Of a stretch of 64,000 nt of DNA, positions 11,253 through 24,128 are shown in pieces. The translations under genes and the position numbers were made by a program. The notes under the pieces are model-generated. The model made no database searches. It saw nothing but the letters and a program-made list of their open reading frames with translations, and was not told the origin of the DNA. Position 1 is the stretch's first letter, and the number at the start of each line of letters is the position of its first letter. Source of the stretch: Eledone cirrhosa (lineage: Eukaryota); assembly GCA_964016885.1 (NCBI GenBank), contig OZ024743.1, positions 261,206,001 through 261,270,000 of the forward strand. Reading direction: 5' to 3'.

Positions 11253-14200
11253 CGATGACTTCGAGATCTACGCATCTCTCTGTCGGCCGGGGGGTGGGTC
11301 GGGGTTGCCGTTTTGCTGCGAAAACACCTTGTAACACAGACGGTACATCTGGACCCGGTGGGTCGACTGGTGGTCCTAGACGTTGACGGTAGTGAAGGTG
11401 GAGCCTTCAGGCTGGTGGCTGCATATGCTCCACCCGGGACATCGCGGCCAGACTTCTTCAAACGTCTAGAGACTTTTCTGGGAACGTCCCGCTCCTTGCT
11501 TTTAGTGGGGGACTGGAATGGAATCCTAGATGCACGTTGGGACTATGTGGGAGCATGTCCTGATAAAGGGGGGTGTAACAGCCTCAAACAGTTAATCGAC
11601 CGATTTGACCTGGCCGATAGATATCGAATAGATTTTCCGACTGTGCCACTGTGGACGTGGACTAATTTCAGCGGAACATCTAGATCGTACCTAGATAGGG
11701 TTCTAGTTAGAAATAAGGATAGGGACATGTTAAGCTGTCCACAAATGTTCATGGTTGCCTATTCAGATCACAAACTAGTGACCTGCATGGCCAACCTTGA
11801 TAGAACCCATAGACAAGGACCCGGCTACTGGAAGCTGAACTTATAATTACCGACAAGCAAAGCCTACAGTAGACGGATTAGCACTTTAGTTAAACAGCAC
11901 TTGACAGGGGCCATTGTCAACAACAGATGGTACTCTCTCAAGAGGGCAGTTAGATTAGACTCGTTAGTTTTTAGTAAAGAATTAGCGTTAGATAGAAATA
12001 GAACCGAGAAGGAACTGGTAGATAAAGTAGAAGAGGCAATTAGAAGTGGCAACGTAGTCAGCGTGCTAGCAACGAGAACAGCCTTGGACCAGTTCTTTGA
12101 CGCAAAGCACGAGGGCTGCGTTGTCAGAAGCAAAATACGTGCTCTGGGAAACGAGGGAGCCAAAGTTGTTAGCTGGGCCCGAGTGACGGAGGCAAAAAGT
12201 GGCAACAAGTCCATTATTCGGTCTTTGAAGGACCAAAATGGACGTGTGATACGTGAGCCAAGGCAGATGTGTGCGGCCTTTCAGCGGCACTTTGCTCTAC
12301 TGTTCGGGCAGGGCGATGCGCCGGGAGGGGCTATGGATTTCGGTCCATACCTCGACGGCCTACCGCGACTCTCGGACAGCGAGGCAAAGTTCTGCGAAAA
12401 GCCGATTTCAGCCGCTGAGATAGAGGACGCACAGAGCCAATGCGGCAAACGCAAATCTCCAGGTCTCGACGGTCTACCCTACGAATTTTACGTAGCAATG
12501 CCGGACTTATTCTCCGGTCTCCTGGAAGCGGTCTACTGCAACTGGCAACAGAACGGGAGAATTCCCAGTTCTGTGACCGGGGGCGTAGTCACACTAGTCA
12601 GGAAGGATGAGAATAAGGGGGATGACATAGGCAACTTCCAGCCCATAACTCTGCTAAACACAGAGTTACAGATTTTGGCCAAGGTGTTGGCAAAGAGGCT
12701 GGCGCTTGTTGTCGGGAACCTGGTGAGAGAAGCGCAGACATGCGCAATCCCGACTAGGTCCATACACGACAACCTCCACCTCATGCGATACATCATAGAG
12801 AGGGTAGGGTGTAAACCCGGCTTCGGTGGGGCCCTGATCAACTTGGATCAGTCTAAGGTTTTCGATAGGGTTGACCATCGTTACCTGGATGCGGTGCTCG
12901 AGGCAATACACAACAGCAACATCTGCTCAAGGGTCAAGGAGCCGTTCCCTATTACGCGATCCATTCGACAGGGATGCCCTCTCTCCTCCCTTCTGTACGT
13001 ACTGACTCTCGAGCCACTACTGCGGAAGTTGGAGCTATTGCAGGGCATCCCTCTGGAACCGGGACTGCGGAAAGCGGCGTCGGCCTAAGCCGACGACGTG
13101 ACAGTAATGGTGTCGAGCGCCTCGCAAATCGAGGAAGTCGGCACCTTACTGAAGGAATATGAAAGTTTCATAGGAGCAAAGCTGAACCGGGATAAGTCCA
13201 TCGGTTTGCAACTCGGATCATGGAGAAGCAAACCGATGCCTTCCGATGGCGTCGTCGGACGCTGGACGGAAGGACCGGTAAAGCTGCTCGGGGTCTGGTT
13301 TGGTCCGGACCTCCAGGTGGAGAAGAACTGGAACGAAGTGACGGCCAAGGTGTTTGCACTCACCCAGAAGTGGGCCGAGTGCAAACTATCCTTGAAAGGT
13401 CGAGCGGAGGTGGCAAACACTTTTATAGCGTCCGCCATCTACTACCGCTTGACCGTCGTGCCTTGTCCAGCCAAAACGCTCACCAAAATGGAGTGCGCGC
13501 TCTTCCAATTCCTTTGGAAGAGGCAGGCTCCTTTGGTGAGCATTTTGGCTGGACAAGGCACGACGGTCAAGCGGTAGTAGATGGCGAACGCTATAAAAGT
13601 GTTCAAAAGAGATCCATCTGCTGCCAACACCCTTCTAACGGAGAGCTGGGGATGCCGTGGCTGACGATGCGCAAACACACGTTCAGGCTGCGGCATCTCT
13701 ACGTATTCCTCACCGGACAACCGGTGTGGGCCCCGTTCGTGAGGCGAGCCTTCCCACGACTCGTCTCGCTGACCGAGCTGCAGTCCTGGGTCAAGCAAAG
13801 ACCGAGGAAAATGGGCGATTGGCACATCGAATGTGCTCAGGCGCTCACAGCCGTCTGGCAGGTGGACCCGGCGATCAGTGGAGACTCCACTTCGTCATTC
13901 TATAAAAGTATGGTCGGCAGCAAGTGCGATGACGCGCTCGGTGAAACTCTAGGCATAGAGGAAAATGAACTGACCAGTCTGGGACCGATGGACAACTGCC
14001 AAAAGTCCCTGGCATGGCAGTGCTACCGAGGAGCTCTACCAGTTCGAGACAAGCTCTACAGACATGGGCGCCCGGGCAGAGACCCTGCAAAAAAGATCTG
14101 TCCGAGGTGCGTGCGAGACGAAGAAACCGTCGCGCATGCATTCATACACTGCCCGGGCGTCACTGACCTGTGGGGCTATGTAGAATGACTATTGTCGCGG

Positions 14201-14763
14201 GTGGGACCAATCCGGTTGACCACTGAGTCCATTGTCATGATCAAACCGCCACCCTCCTTCAACCCTCCTTCAAAAACGAAGGAGAGGCGGTTTTCCTTTG
14301 TGTGATAGCTATGGCGAAAGAGGTTGTATGGTGGACAAGGTTGAAAGGGCTGAGGTCAGACACCTTTCTCTCCGGCCAACAACTGATTCTTTTTTTCAAA
14401 TACCACTTTGGAAGAAGAATCAGGATGGAGAGAGAGGTGCTGTACCCCAGCAAGTTTTATGAAAGGTGGGTGAAAGTGGTGAGAATGGCCCGAGTGAATG
14501 GGCCTTCTCTCTATATCAGCCTGTAGATTGAGGAAAAGGAGGAGGAGAGGAAAGGAGTACAAACTCTTCGTACTCCTGGAGATGAGGGTTACACATTTTT
14601 TCGGGGGTATGTGTTACCCATATGAACTGTCTCCCCCTATTGGGGAAAATCGCTTAATTTTTAAATTGCATTTGTGATAATATTTTACATGTTTTTATTG
14701 TATGTAAACTTCCCCCTTTGTATTTGTCCCTTTCTTTTGTGCCCCTGTGGCTAATAAAGAAAC
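11251..14763 (+). mobile_element. Tx1/L1-clade LINE, 5'-truncated inside the APE endonuclease, disabled ORF2
   Basis: APE motifs (GDWNG, SYLDR, SDHKLV, PGYWKLN), RT (KSPGLDGL, QGCPLS, *ADD), C-terminal CPRC..DEETVAHAFIHC; ends aataaagaaa; flanked by (TCTA)n. Confidence 0.93.
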
Positions 14764-14916
14764 ATATCTATCTATTTCTCTATCTCTCTATCTATTGCTC
14801 TGTCTCTCTCTCAGCCATATTTACATCCTTCCAACATGCCCCTTCAGATCTACTTCAGAAAGAGCCTCTGGCCAAAACACTACAACTTTGCTCTTCATGT
14901 TGCACAATATCCAGTC

Positions 14917-15080
<164 letters not shown>

Positions 15081-15764
15081 TGACAACAAGTATGCATTCC
15101 AGTATTTGTTTTTTTTTTTCCTCTTTATATTCTCATTTCAAATCCTGCAATGTTCTTTCTTTGATGGGAGACTTAATCCATCTTTGGTTTAACACCATCA
15201 CCTGGACTTTGGACACCTTTAATGGTGTCCACTCTATTGCAAGCTTCTAGGTTGCATCTCTGCTTTAAGATTACCCTCTTCCTTCCTTCTCACCACCTCA
15301 GAAACATTGAAAAAAGTGGTCATAGGTACTGCCCTTCCTTCTGGTTGAATTTTGAAATTAAAAAAATCAATAGATATATGGTTTGAGTCTCAACAGTTGC
15401 CCTGCTTCTCTTTTCTGTCTCAAATTGATGTTTCTAATACCATGCCCGACCATGGGTCCTTAGCTATTGATGGAGCAGTATGGGCACCATAGGGATACAT
15501 GGAGTGACTTTGAGCTTTTAAACCTGGCATTACCCATCCAGAGAAGGAGATTTAGCTGGAGAAAAAACCCAGTACTAGACTTGTACTATATTTATCAACT
15601 TCAAGACAATGAAAGGCAAAGTTGGCTGAAGTGGAATTTGAACTTAGAGAGTGCAGAAAACCAGAATGAATACCTGGAAACATTTTATCTGGCATGCTAA
15701 CTACTCTGCCAATTTGCTACTTCGAATGTCTAATGCTAATTCTAATTATTTGATGATGTTTCAG

Positions 15765-15990
15765 GAATAAAATGCTACATGTACACATGGATAGGTTTGG
15801 TGTGAACTGCACGGAATGGCTACTAAAAATTATATGTGGAGGTGTAGAAATCAGGACCATCTATGCTGGTGATAAGCAGGCTAAAGCATGCCTTATTTCT
15901 CGACTCAGTTGTGAACGAGCAGGTACACGATTCAATGTGAGAGGCACCAATGATGAAGGACATGTCGCCAATTTTGTGGAAACGGAACAG
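15765..15990 (+). CDS. SYNJ1: Synaptojanin exon (Sac1; WNKMLH...[32 protein letters not shown])
   Basis: ttcag acceptor, CAG|gtaaag donor; diagnostic Sac1 RAGTRF..RG...[11 protein letters not shown] motif. Confidence 0.97.
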
Positions 15991-18443
15991 GTAAAGCCGA
16001 GCAGTGCCTTTTAGTTTTTGTTTGTCTGATAGATTTATGTCAAACTGTTGTTGTTATTGTTATACTACTGAAGCTGGAATGTATGTAAGTGAGTGTGAGA
16101 TCCATGCCAGCATGGAAAAAATGTTAAATGATAATTATATTGTTATTGTTGTTGTTTAGCCCAAGGGAGTCTCTGGTTGAACAGTTTTAGAAACAAAGGC
16201 AATGTAGTCATGATCATTGTTATTTTTCCAGACACAGGTTACAAAGTAACCTGCTCCTCCTCCTTTTTGAAATTAGTGTGTAATTTGAAGGCGATTTCCC
16301 TGCTTTTTCTAGCAGGTCAAATGACTGATAAAGTGTCTGTTGTTGGATAGTATGATGAGGTTGTTATTTTTGCATTTACATTGATGAAAGGCAAAGTGAA
16401 AGTCAACTAAACATAAAGATAAATAAGACATTGATTCATTGATTGGTTTATTCTCAGCCTGTCAAAACATTTCAAACTAATGATTCCAAAAGATATTCTC
16501 TCCTGGTATATATCTGGCAAGAGATTCCACTAGTTGGTGTATCATTGCTGTGTATGTATGCACATATGTGCGTGTGTGTGTGTGCATGTGTGTATGTACA
16601 TGCATATGTGTGTGTGTTACCAAAGAGATAAATACAAGGTTTGGTTGATGTATGACACAGAATAGCTCACCTCAAGGGCAGATATTTATTTTTTTAAATT
16701 TGGCTAATAAAATATCTAGGAATGTTGGTGCCAATACACCCAGTGCAATCTGTAAAAAACTTGCCAAAGAAAGGGGTCAAGAGAACTCTTCAATTATATG
16801 ATGACAAGATCCAAGTTGTTGTGTGATGACATGGTTTGAATAACAAAGTGTATGAAGTTCTTTGAAGAGGATGTAAAGATACCATTTGTGTCGGACAGTT
16901 AATAATAACAATTCAGAAAAACTAAACAAAACAGAGGGAGGAATATAATTTGAAGAAGAATCACATTAAGGTGAACATAACATCCAAAAATGTATTATGC
17001 GACTATACTTTTGAGTTTGAACAAAGATGGAAGGCATTTGAAAAGGAACCACATGTGATATTAACTCTGTATTTTTAATGAAATACACTCTATTTCAATT
17101 AATTAATGAAGAATTTTTAGGGATTTATTAACTTTTTAATTATTTCATTGCTAATAACTTAAAATATGGTTCTTATATAGAATTGTATAGGAAGAATTTA
17201 ATTTAAATAGGATCCCTTTAGCATTTAAACTGGCCATACCCGGCCAGAATTCTCTCACCCCTTTCTGTTCACACCAGCTATAACTGGCTGCTCATACTTA
17301 TGTTAGGGTATTGTTCTCAAAATAAATAATATCAAAATCTCGTAGATTTAATATTATGTGAGATAATTATGTGAATTAAAGTTTTTACTGTGAAAATACA
17401 ATAGTAAATATAGAGTAATGTAAATGCTAAAGGTTGGTTTTGTTTCATAGAACCAGAGCCAGTTTTGGCTGGTTATGTATCAAAGGGCTTAATATCGAAA
17501 GGATTAACAAAAATTGGAGTGGTTTGAAGAAGAAACCACAAGTGATGGCATTGATGTAAACATAATATCCATGAATGTTTTATGTGGCCACACTTATGAG
17601 TTTTAACAAAGATCAGAGAGACATTGTATTAAACTAGATTACAGCTACAGGAAGCTGGAACCTTATCATATTGTGACATAATTCTTTGGTGAATTTTTAG
17701 GTGAGGCAAATAGGAAGTAGGTTGGAGGTGCAATATATTTTCAAGGATCCAACAACCATAAATATGATTTTCCAATTCATTGAGTCTACAAAAACATCCA
17801 TCAAAAGAAACGTTTAACTATTCTTTATTTCTTTAACATTTTTTCTCTTCATTTTGTTTCTTTGTTTTTTTTCTTTTGTTATTTTTTTCTTATATATATA
17901 AGAGGTAATAAACACCTTTTCCATGAATTAACAGCTTTACATAGATGCTTAAATTGATTAAATAAATAAAGGTTTCTGAAATATAGTAAACTGAATAAAA
18001 ATTCAAAAGTCCTAGAACATTTCTCGGTAATTTGCACCACTAGTTCATTAGTTCAGTAAAGTTCTTTCTACCTCTCGTTGTTACTCTGTCTTACAATATT
18101 ATACTACTACTACTACTACTCTCTTTCTCTCTCTCTCTGTCTTAAGATCATATACCCCCCACACACATATACACAGGCCCTCTCACTCTCTCTCCAGCCA
18201 TATTTACATCCTTCCAAAACATACCCCCCATTTCTACCTCAGCTGGAGACACAAGCCAAAACATTACAATTTTGTTTTTCATATTGCACAATATCTATGA
18301 AGAACTACCAGACTTGTTGAAGCATTAGATAAAATGCCTTGTAGTGTTTGTTCTGGATCTCAGGAGTTCAAATCCTGCTATCAGTTTGGCCTTTTTGCCT
18401 TTTATCCTTTGAAGGTGGATAAATATGCTCTTTCTCTCTCTAT

Positions 18444-18855
18444 GATAGGACTGGGGTCCCTATTATTAAAACACCCAAGAAACCTCCTATAAGATACAAG
18501 GTCATAGGCCAACTAAATCTACATATGTATGAGCTATAACAACATGATAGGACTGTAGTCCCTATCATTAAGACACTCAAGAAACCTATGACATTCAGCC
18601 TCAGAGGAGTCCAGATAAACATACATGGGTGTGAGCTATAACAACAACCTGACAGGACTGTAGCCCCTCTCATTAACCTCCTATGACATTCAACCTCAGA
18701 AGAGTCCAGATAAACCTACATGGGTGTGAGCTGTAACAACAACAACATGATAGGACTGTGGCCCCTATCATTAAAATACCCAAGAAACCTATTATGATAT
18801 TCAACCTCAGAGGAGGCCAGATAAACCAACATAGGTGTGAGCTTTAATAACAACA
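18444..18855. repeat. About 100-104-bp tandem repeat, 4 copies; same family as 7873-8120
   Basis: Units start near 18444, 18546, 18650 and 18749. Confidence 0.87.
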
Positions 18856-18972
18856 AAACAACCAGTAAAGTTTCAAATACCATAAAAAATAAATTGACTG
18901 TTACACAATTTTTTTAATTGTCAACTGGAGAATAATTGTTAATTGGATTTTTGTTTTTATTGTTATAATCAG

Positions 18973-19056
18973 GTTATTTTCTTGGAAGATCAAATTTCTT
19001 CCTTTATACAAGTCCGAGGTTCTGTGCCGTTATTTTGGGAACAGCCTGGTATTCAG
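18973..19056 (+). CDS. SYNJ1: Synaptojanin exon ([28 protein letters not shown])
   Basis: atcag acceptor, CAG|gtcagt donor; Sac1 RGSVPLFW motif. Confidence 0.97.
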
Positions 19057-21545
19057 GTCAGTGTTTGGGATTTCTTTGCTATTTTCTTTATTTCTAATTC
19101 AACCTTTTCTATTATAGTGCTTGGCAGTATGTATGAATTGCAACACATTCTGAATCTTATCTTCTGTGCTGGTCATAGCTTTGGATGATGACCATTGGGT
19201 GAAGAAGCACCAAGAAACCCAGTGGAAGAGAGCTACAGTAGAGGGAGGCCAAAGAAGACCTGGGCAGAGGTTGTGAGAGCTGATCTCAAATCACTGAATT
19301 TCACAACTGGGTTGATGAAGGCTCTTGAGAAGTGTCTGTGTGTAGGGGGGGGGGGGGGGATACTGGGCTGTGAAGAACCCATCAAGCCCATGTAAACATG
19401 GAAAAATGAACTCAATGCAGTGATGATAATGATGACTATAGAACTGGCTCTTTGCATATAGTCCCAATATATTTAATCCTGCCTCAGTCAACTTTGCCTT
19501 TCATTCTTCCAGGGTTGATAAATAAAGCACCAGTTTAGGGTGGTGGACTGGCAGAATTTTTAAAGAATTGAACAGGATGCCTTGTGGTATTTGTTTTGAC
19601 TCTTAACATCCTGAGTTCAAATCCTACTGTGGCCTGTCTGTATGGCAAACTTAGTTCATTGCCTAGTATAACACCACCACCACCTTGATTGTCTTTAGAA
19701 AAGTCTCTGGTTTGGGGATACCTTTTTTTTCTTCCTCCTCCTCACTCCTGTTGCCTGTCACAGTGGTCCAAAAGAGGGTCACGAGTACTGCCCTTCCTCC
19801 TAATTAAGTGTTTAGGAAAACAAACAGTTTAATCCTGCCAAGGTCAACTTTGCCTTTCATCCTTCTAAGATTGATAAACTAAAATGCCAGGCAAAGACTG
19901 GAATCAATATAATATACTTATAAAGTGTCTTAAATGCAAATGGAATTATAAAAGATGACCTATTTATTAACAAAGGAAAATGCATTCACAATATTTTTTA
20001 AATAGTTAACGTTTCACTCTTGGCAAGTAAAATGTATATTTTGCAGTTAACCATGTTAACAAAAGGATTTGATTGAAGGTTGCTGCTATTTCACTTAATT
20101 TGTAAAGTGGTCATGTAAAAGTCACAATAAAAAGCACCCAGCACACACTGTAAATGTGGTTGGCATTAGGAAGGGCATCCAGCTGTAGAAATCTAGCCAG
20201 AAACAGTTCCATATGAACAAGACACAGTCACCTGACTCAACTTGCCTCAAATGGGACAACCTGTCTAACCCTTGATGGCGTGGAAAGTGGACATTAAATG
20301 ATGACAGTGATGATGAATATCTATAAGAAAGCCACCAGATGGGCAGAATAATTAGAGCAGTGGACAAAATGTCTTGCAGTATTTGTTCTGGCTTTTTAGG
20401 TTCTGAGTTCAAATCCTGCCAAAGTTAGCTTTTCTTGACATCTTTGCAGAATTGATGATATAAAATAATAGTTAAGCACTGGGGTAAATTTAATCAACTA
20501 ATCCTTCTCAGAGTTGTAGCATTGTGTCTGCTAGAACCAATATTGATAGATAACATAATTTTCCCCTCTACCAAAAACAGGTGGACTGTTTCTTAGTAAA
20601 AGGCATTGTTGAAAGATACCTTTCTGTAAGAAACATTAAATAATCAACTCTGTTTATTACACAAGTACATGGTATTAGTTTAATATTAATACATTGGTAT
20701 AATATATTGTGTCATTGTTTATTGTACTACTACATGGTATATCATATTGTTACAAAAAGATGACTGTATGATACCTGTGTGCAAAGTGTGATGCTGCATG
20801 GTAGTGAAACATGGGCAGTGACTGCAGAAGACATGTGAAGATTGGAGAGAAATGAAATATTGTTATATCACATTGTTGTATCACATTATTATATCATAAT
20901 GTTATATCATATGATGAAGTATAGTTGTGTAGATATAAAATCTCATTATTTTGATCAGCAATTGGACATAGCATAGCTGAATAGATGAGGAGCTCATTTT
21001 CCAATCATTGAGTCCTGGGTTTAATCACACTATGGCATCTTGGGCAAGTGTCATTTACCATAGCCTCTGGTTAACCCATGACTTGTGAATGGGATTGAAT
21101 AGATGGAAACTGTTTGGAAGCCCATCAGCTGGATCATACCTGTAATTCTAAGAGTCCACCTTGTCACACACTACCATGCTGAATCACTCTTAGGATTATG
21201 TTAAGGGTACATGTGTCTGTAAAATGTGTTCATTTTACTAGCTGGATGCTCCATTGATCAAACAACTGGAACACTCATCTTTGAAACCAGCAAAGGTTGA
21301 TTCCAGCAGCATGTAGCAATCAAATGAATATGTAAACATAACAATCATTGATTTGATTGCTACATGGACATAAACAATTTATTTTCTCTTGGAACATGGC
21401 TAGTGGTTGAGATTTGTTTCTATCCCATGCAGCTATATTTTTCCATGTACTGTAAATATTCTTTTTCTTTCTTCAATATTGTTGTCATTGAAATGTTACT
21501 CTCTCCAAAGCTGATGATATTAATTTGGTTAGCTTTTCATTGTAG

Positions 21546-21704
21546 GTTGGTTCCCACAAAATCCGCCTTTCTCGAGGTTATGAAGCTTGCGCTCCAGCAT
21601 TTCACCGGCATTTCAATATGTTAAAACTGTTATATGGTAAACAGGTCGTTGTGAATCTCCTTGGTAGTAAAGAAGGAGAAAACATGCTAAGCCAAGCATT
21701 CCAG
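21546..21704 (+). CDS. SYNJ1: Synaptojanin exon ([23 protein letters not shown]...[17 protein letters not shown])
   Basis: tgtag acceptor, CAG|gtaaga donor; 159 nt, phase 0/0. Confidence 0.96.
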
Positions 21705-23177
21705 GTAAGATTCACTTCTTGTCATTGGCACCAGCCCAGTTTTCAGCATTTGTTGTTTCTAGATTCTGTTAATTATTGTTGTTATGATGTGTATGTTGGT
21801 CATGACTGAACTGTTCTAGTCACATATGGAATAACTGTTGGTATATGTTATACAATTGTCTAGGAGGAAGGTGTATTACGTCAGACATGGCTAATGTGTC
21901 TTAGGCTGTTATGGAATAGCTGTTGGTATATATTACAGGAAAGTGAAGATGAGTGAACTGTACTTTCGTCCTAGGTTCTTGTGCAACATATGACCAGCAC
22001 TGATTTATATCATCTCCATACTGTTCTTGTATTTATTTTTGGTTTGCTAAAACCATCAAGTAAGACTTGGAATTGCAATTAAACATAGAGACTGTTCAAG
22101 GCTGAAAAAGTTTGAAAACCTCTGTACTAGAGTATCAGAGAGATTAAAAAAACAACAAATTTTCCACCTGAAAATATTTATAGAAATATATATCAGTATA
22201 TTGCAGGTAACTTTTCCCATAAAGTTTAACTCTTTCATTATCATATTTCTAATGATGACCCTACCTGTGATTTTAAGTTTGAAAATAATCAAGAATTTGG
22301 AATGATGTAACAGTATAATTAACTTTCTCATGATGACTCTTTCTTTTTTTCCCCACTCTCTCTATCTCTCTACCTCTCCCTCTCTTTCTCTCTCTCCCCT
22401 CTCAACTACTTCCCCCTTTCTCTTCCTCCTCGCCACTCTCTCACTCTACATCTTCCTCTCTCACCTCACTCTCTTGGTCTTCATATATGAGGAATTATTT
22501 CATTGAACAGAAATAGAGGGATCTCTCAACAGTGAGTGTTGCACAGCATTCTAGATATGAGTAGACCTATAATCAAAGGCACTCCATTTGTAACCATCCT
22601 GTCTTTTAGTGTATATTTACAACTACATTGATCAATATATCCTTCCTTTTTTTAAGGCCATAGGGTATGATATAAGGGAGTTATAGTTGCTATTTCTGAA
22701 CAGTTGTGCAACTGCATAGAACAGAGATCTCAAAATTAAGGATATAAAAGGGCTGTTACATCCTGGACAAGAGGCACAGCAAACCAAAAGTGAATGGGAG
22801 ATGGGGGCATGATTTCCACCAGTTATAATGCTAATCTGTAATAAAGCTGATAGGTTGCTATTTATAGTAAGCAGGATATATGAATTAGTACAAAATTTAG
22901 AGTACAAATATTTCTTAATTCTGCTTTTACTTTTGGTAAATTCTTTTTTTTCTGTTTTCACTTTTGATAATAATTTTTTTTTCTTGTATTTCATGCAATA
23001 AATTGTACTATAAATATTATTAGAACAGGGAAAACAAAAGCAATGTGCTCTGAAAATTATTCTGCCATGGGCCACAGAAAAAGTAGTTTGTGGGCTGCGT
23101 GTCTGAGACCCTTGACATAGAGGCTCTCTCATTGGCTCATGAATGAGTTTGTAATGCCATTTTGTGTTTTGTTGCAG

Positions 23178-23347
23178 GATCATCATAGAAATTCCTCTCA
23201 CAAAGATGATGTTCCACACATTGTCTTCGACTATCATGCTGAATGTCGAGGAGGAAACCTTTCCAATTTACAGAAACTAATGAGACAATCTGAAGAATAT
23301 TTAAATAATTTGAATTTTTTTCACTGTTCTTCGGACCGGATAATAAG
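23178..23347 (+). CDS. SYNJ1: Synaptojanin exon (DHHRNSSHKDDVPHIVFDYHAECRGG...)
   Basis: ttgcag acceptor, AG|gtaatt donor; Sac1 FDYH motif. Confidence 0.95.
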
Positions 23348-24128
23348 GTAATTTCTTTCATGAAAAATATTTAAACAGTTTTTATAGTTAAAGTTAATAT
23401 TTCTTTTCTTTTACACGTACAAAACAGAGCTGGTTATGCCTTAAGCCGTATAAAGCTTGGATACCCCTTATTGGGAAATCATGCCAGAGGCTCTCACAAA
23501 AATTGAAACCATAATTTTTTGAGTCCTCTGTGGAGACCCTGAGCTTAACAAAGGCTCTTAGATTACATTATGATGGAAGATTTTTAAATACATTGAAACA
23601 CTATAAAATAGTTTCATATCGAGAAACCAAGGGTGTTTCAGGTAGTTTCATATCAAAAGGGTTAGATTTAGTACTGATTCAGTGACCAAATTTTTATATT
23701 TAAATTTATCTTCTTTGGTTTATAACTTAGTGATTTAAGATATCATTTTTCATAATGTAACGCAGTGCTGATCAAACCTGCAGAATGTCAACAACGTATC
23801 TGCTAAAGACTAACAAATTTTCATCCTATCAGATATTCTTTCATTCTGGTCATTTCAAAGACATTTAAAGTTTCATTGAGTCGGTCCTCTTAATTGTTAA
23901 TAGGTGCCATAATGTGGTTCAGTTCACTGTTCTAAGTAAAGCAATGGAAAGGGTCTACAACTGATGGGTGTTTGGTTACAGTGCTAGGCTCAAATTTTTC
24001 TATGAAAAGATAACGGATATCATAAATATCATCATCATCACCATCATATTCATCATCACGCCCATCATCACCAACACCATTATTACCATTATCATTATCA
24101 TCATAGTTATCATTATCATCATCACCAC

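Noticed and set aside
22632-23237. 201-aa minus-strand ORF
   Set aside because: Spans the antisense of a synaptojanin exon and a MITE remnant; no recognisable domain.
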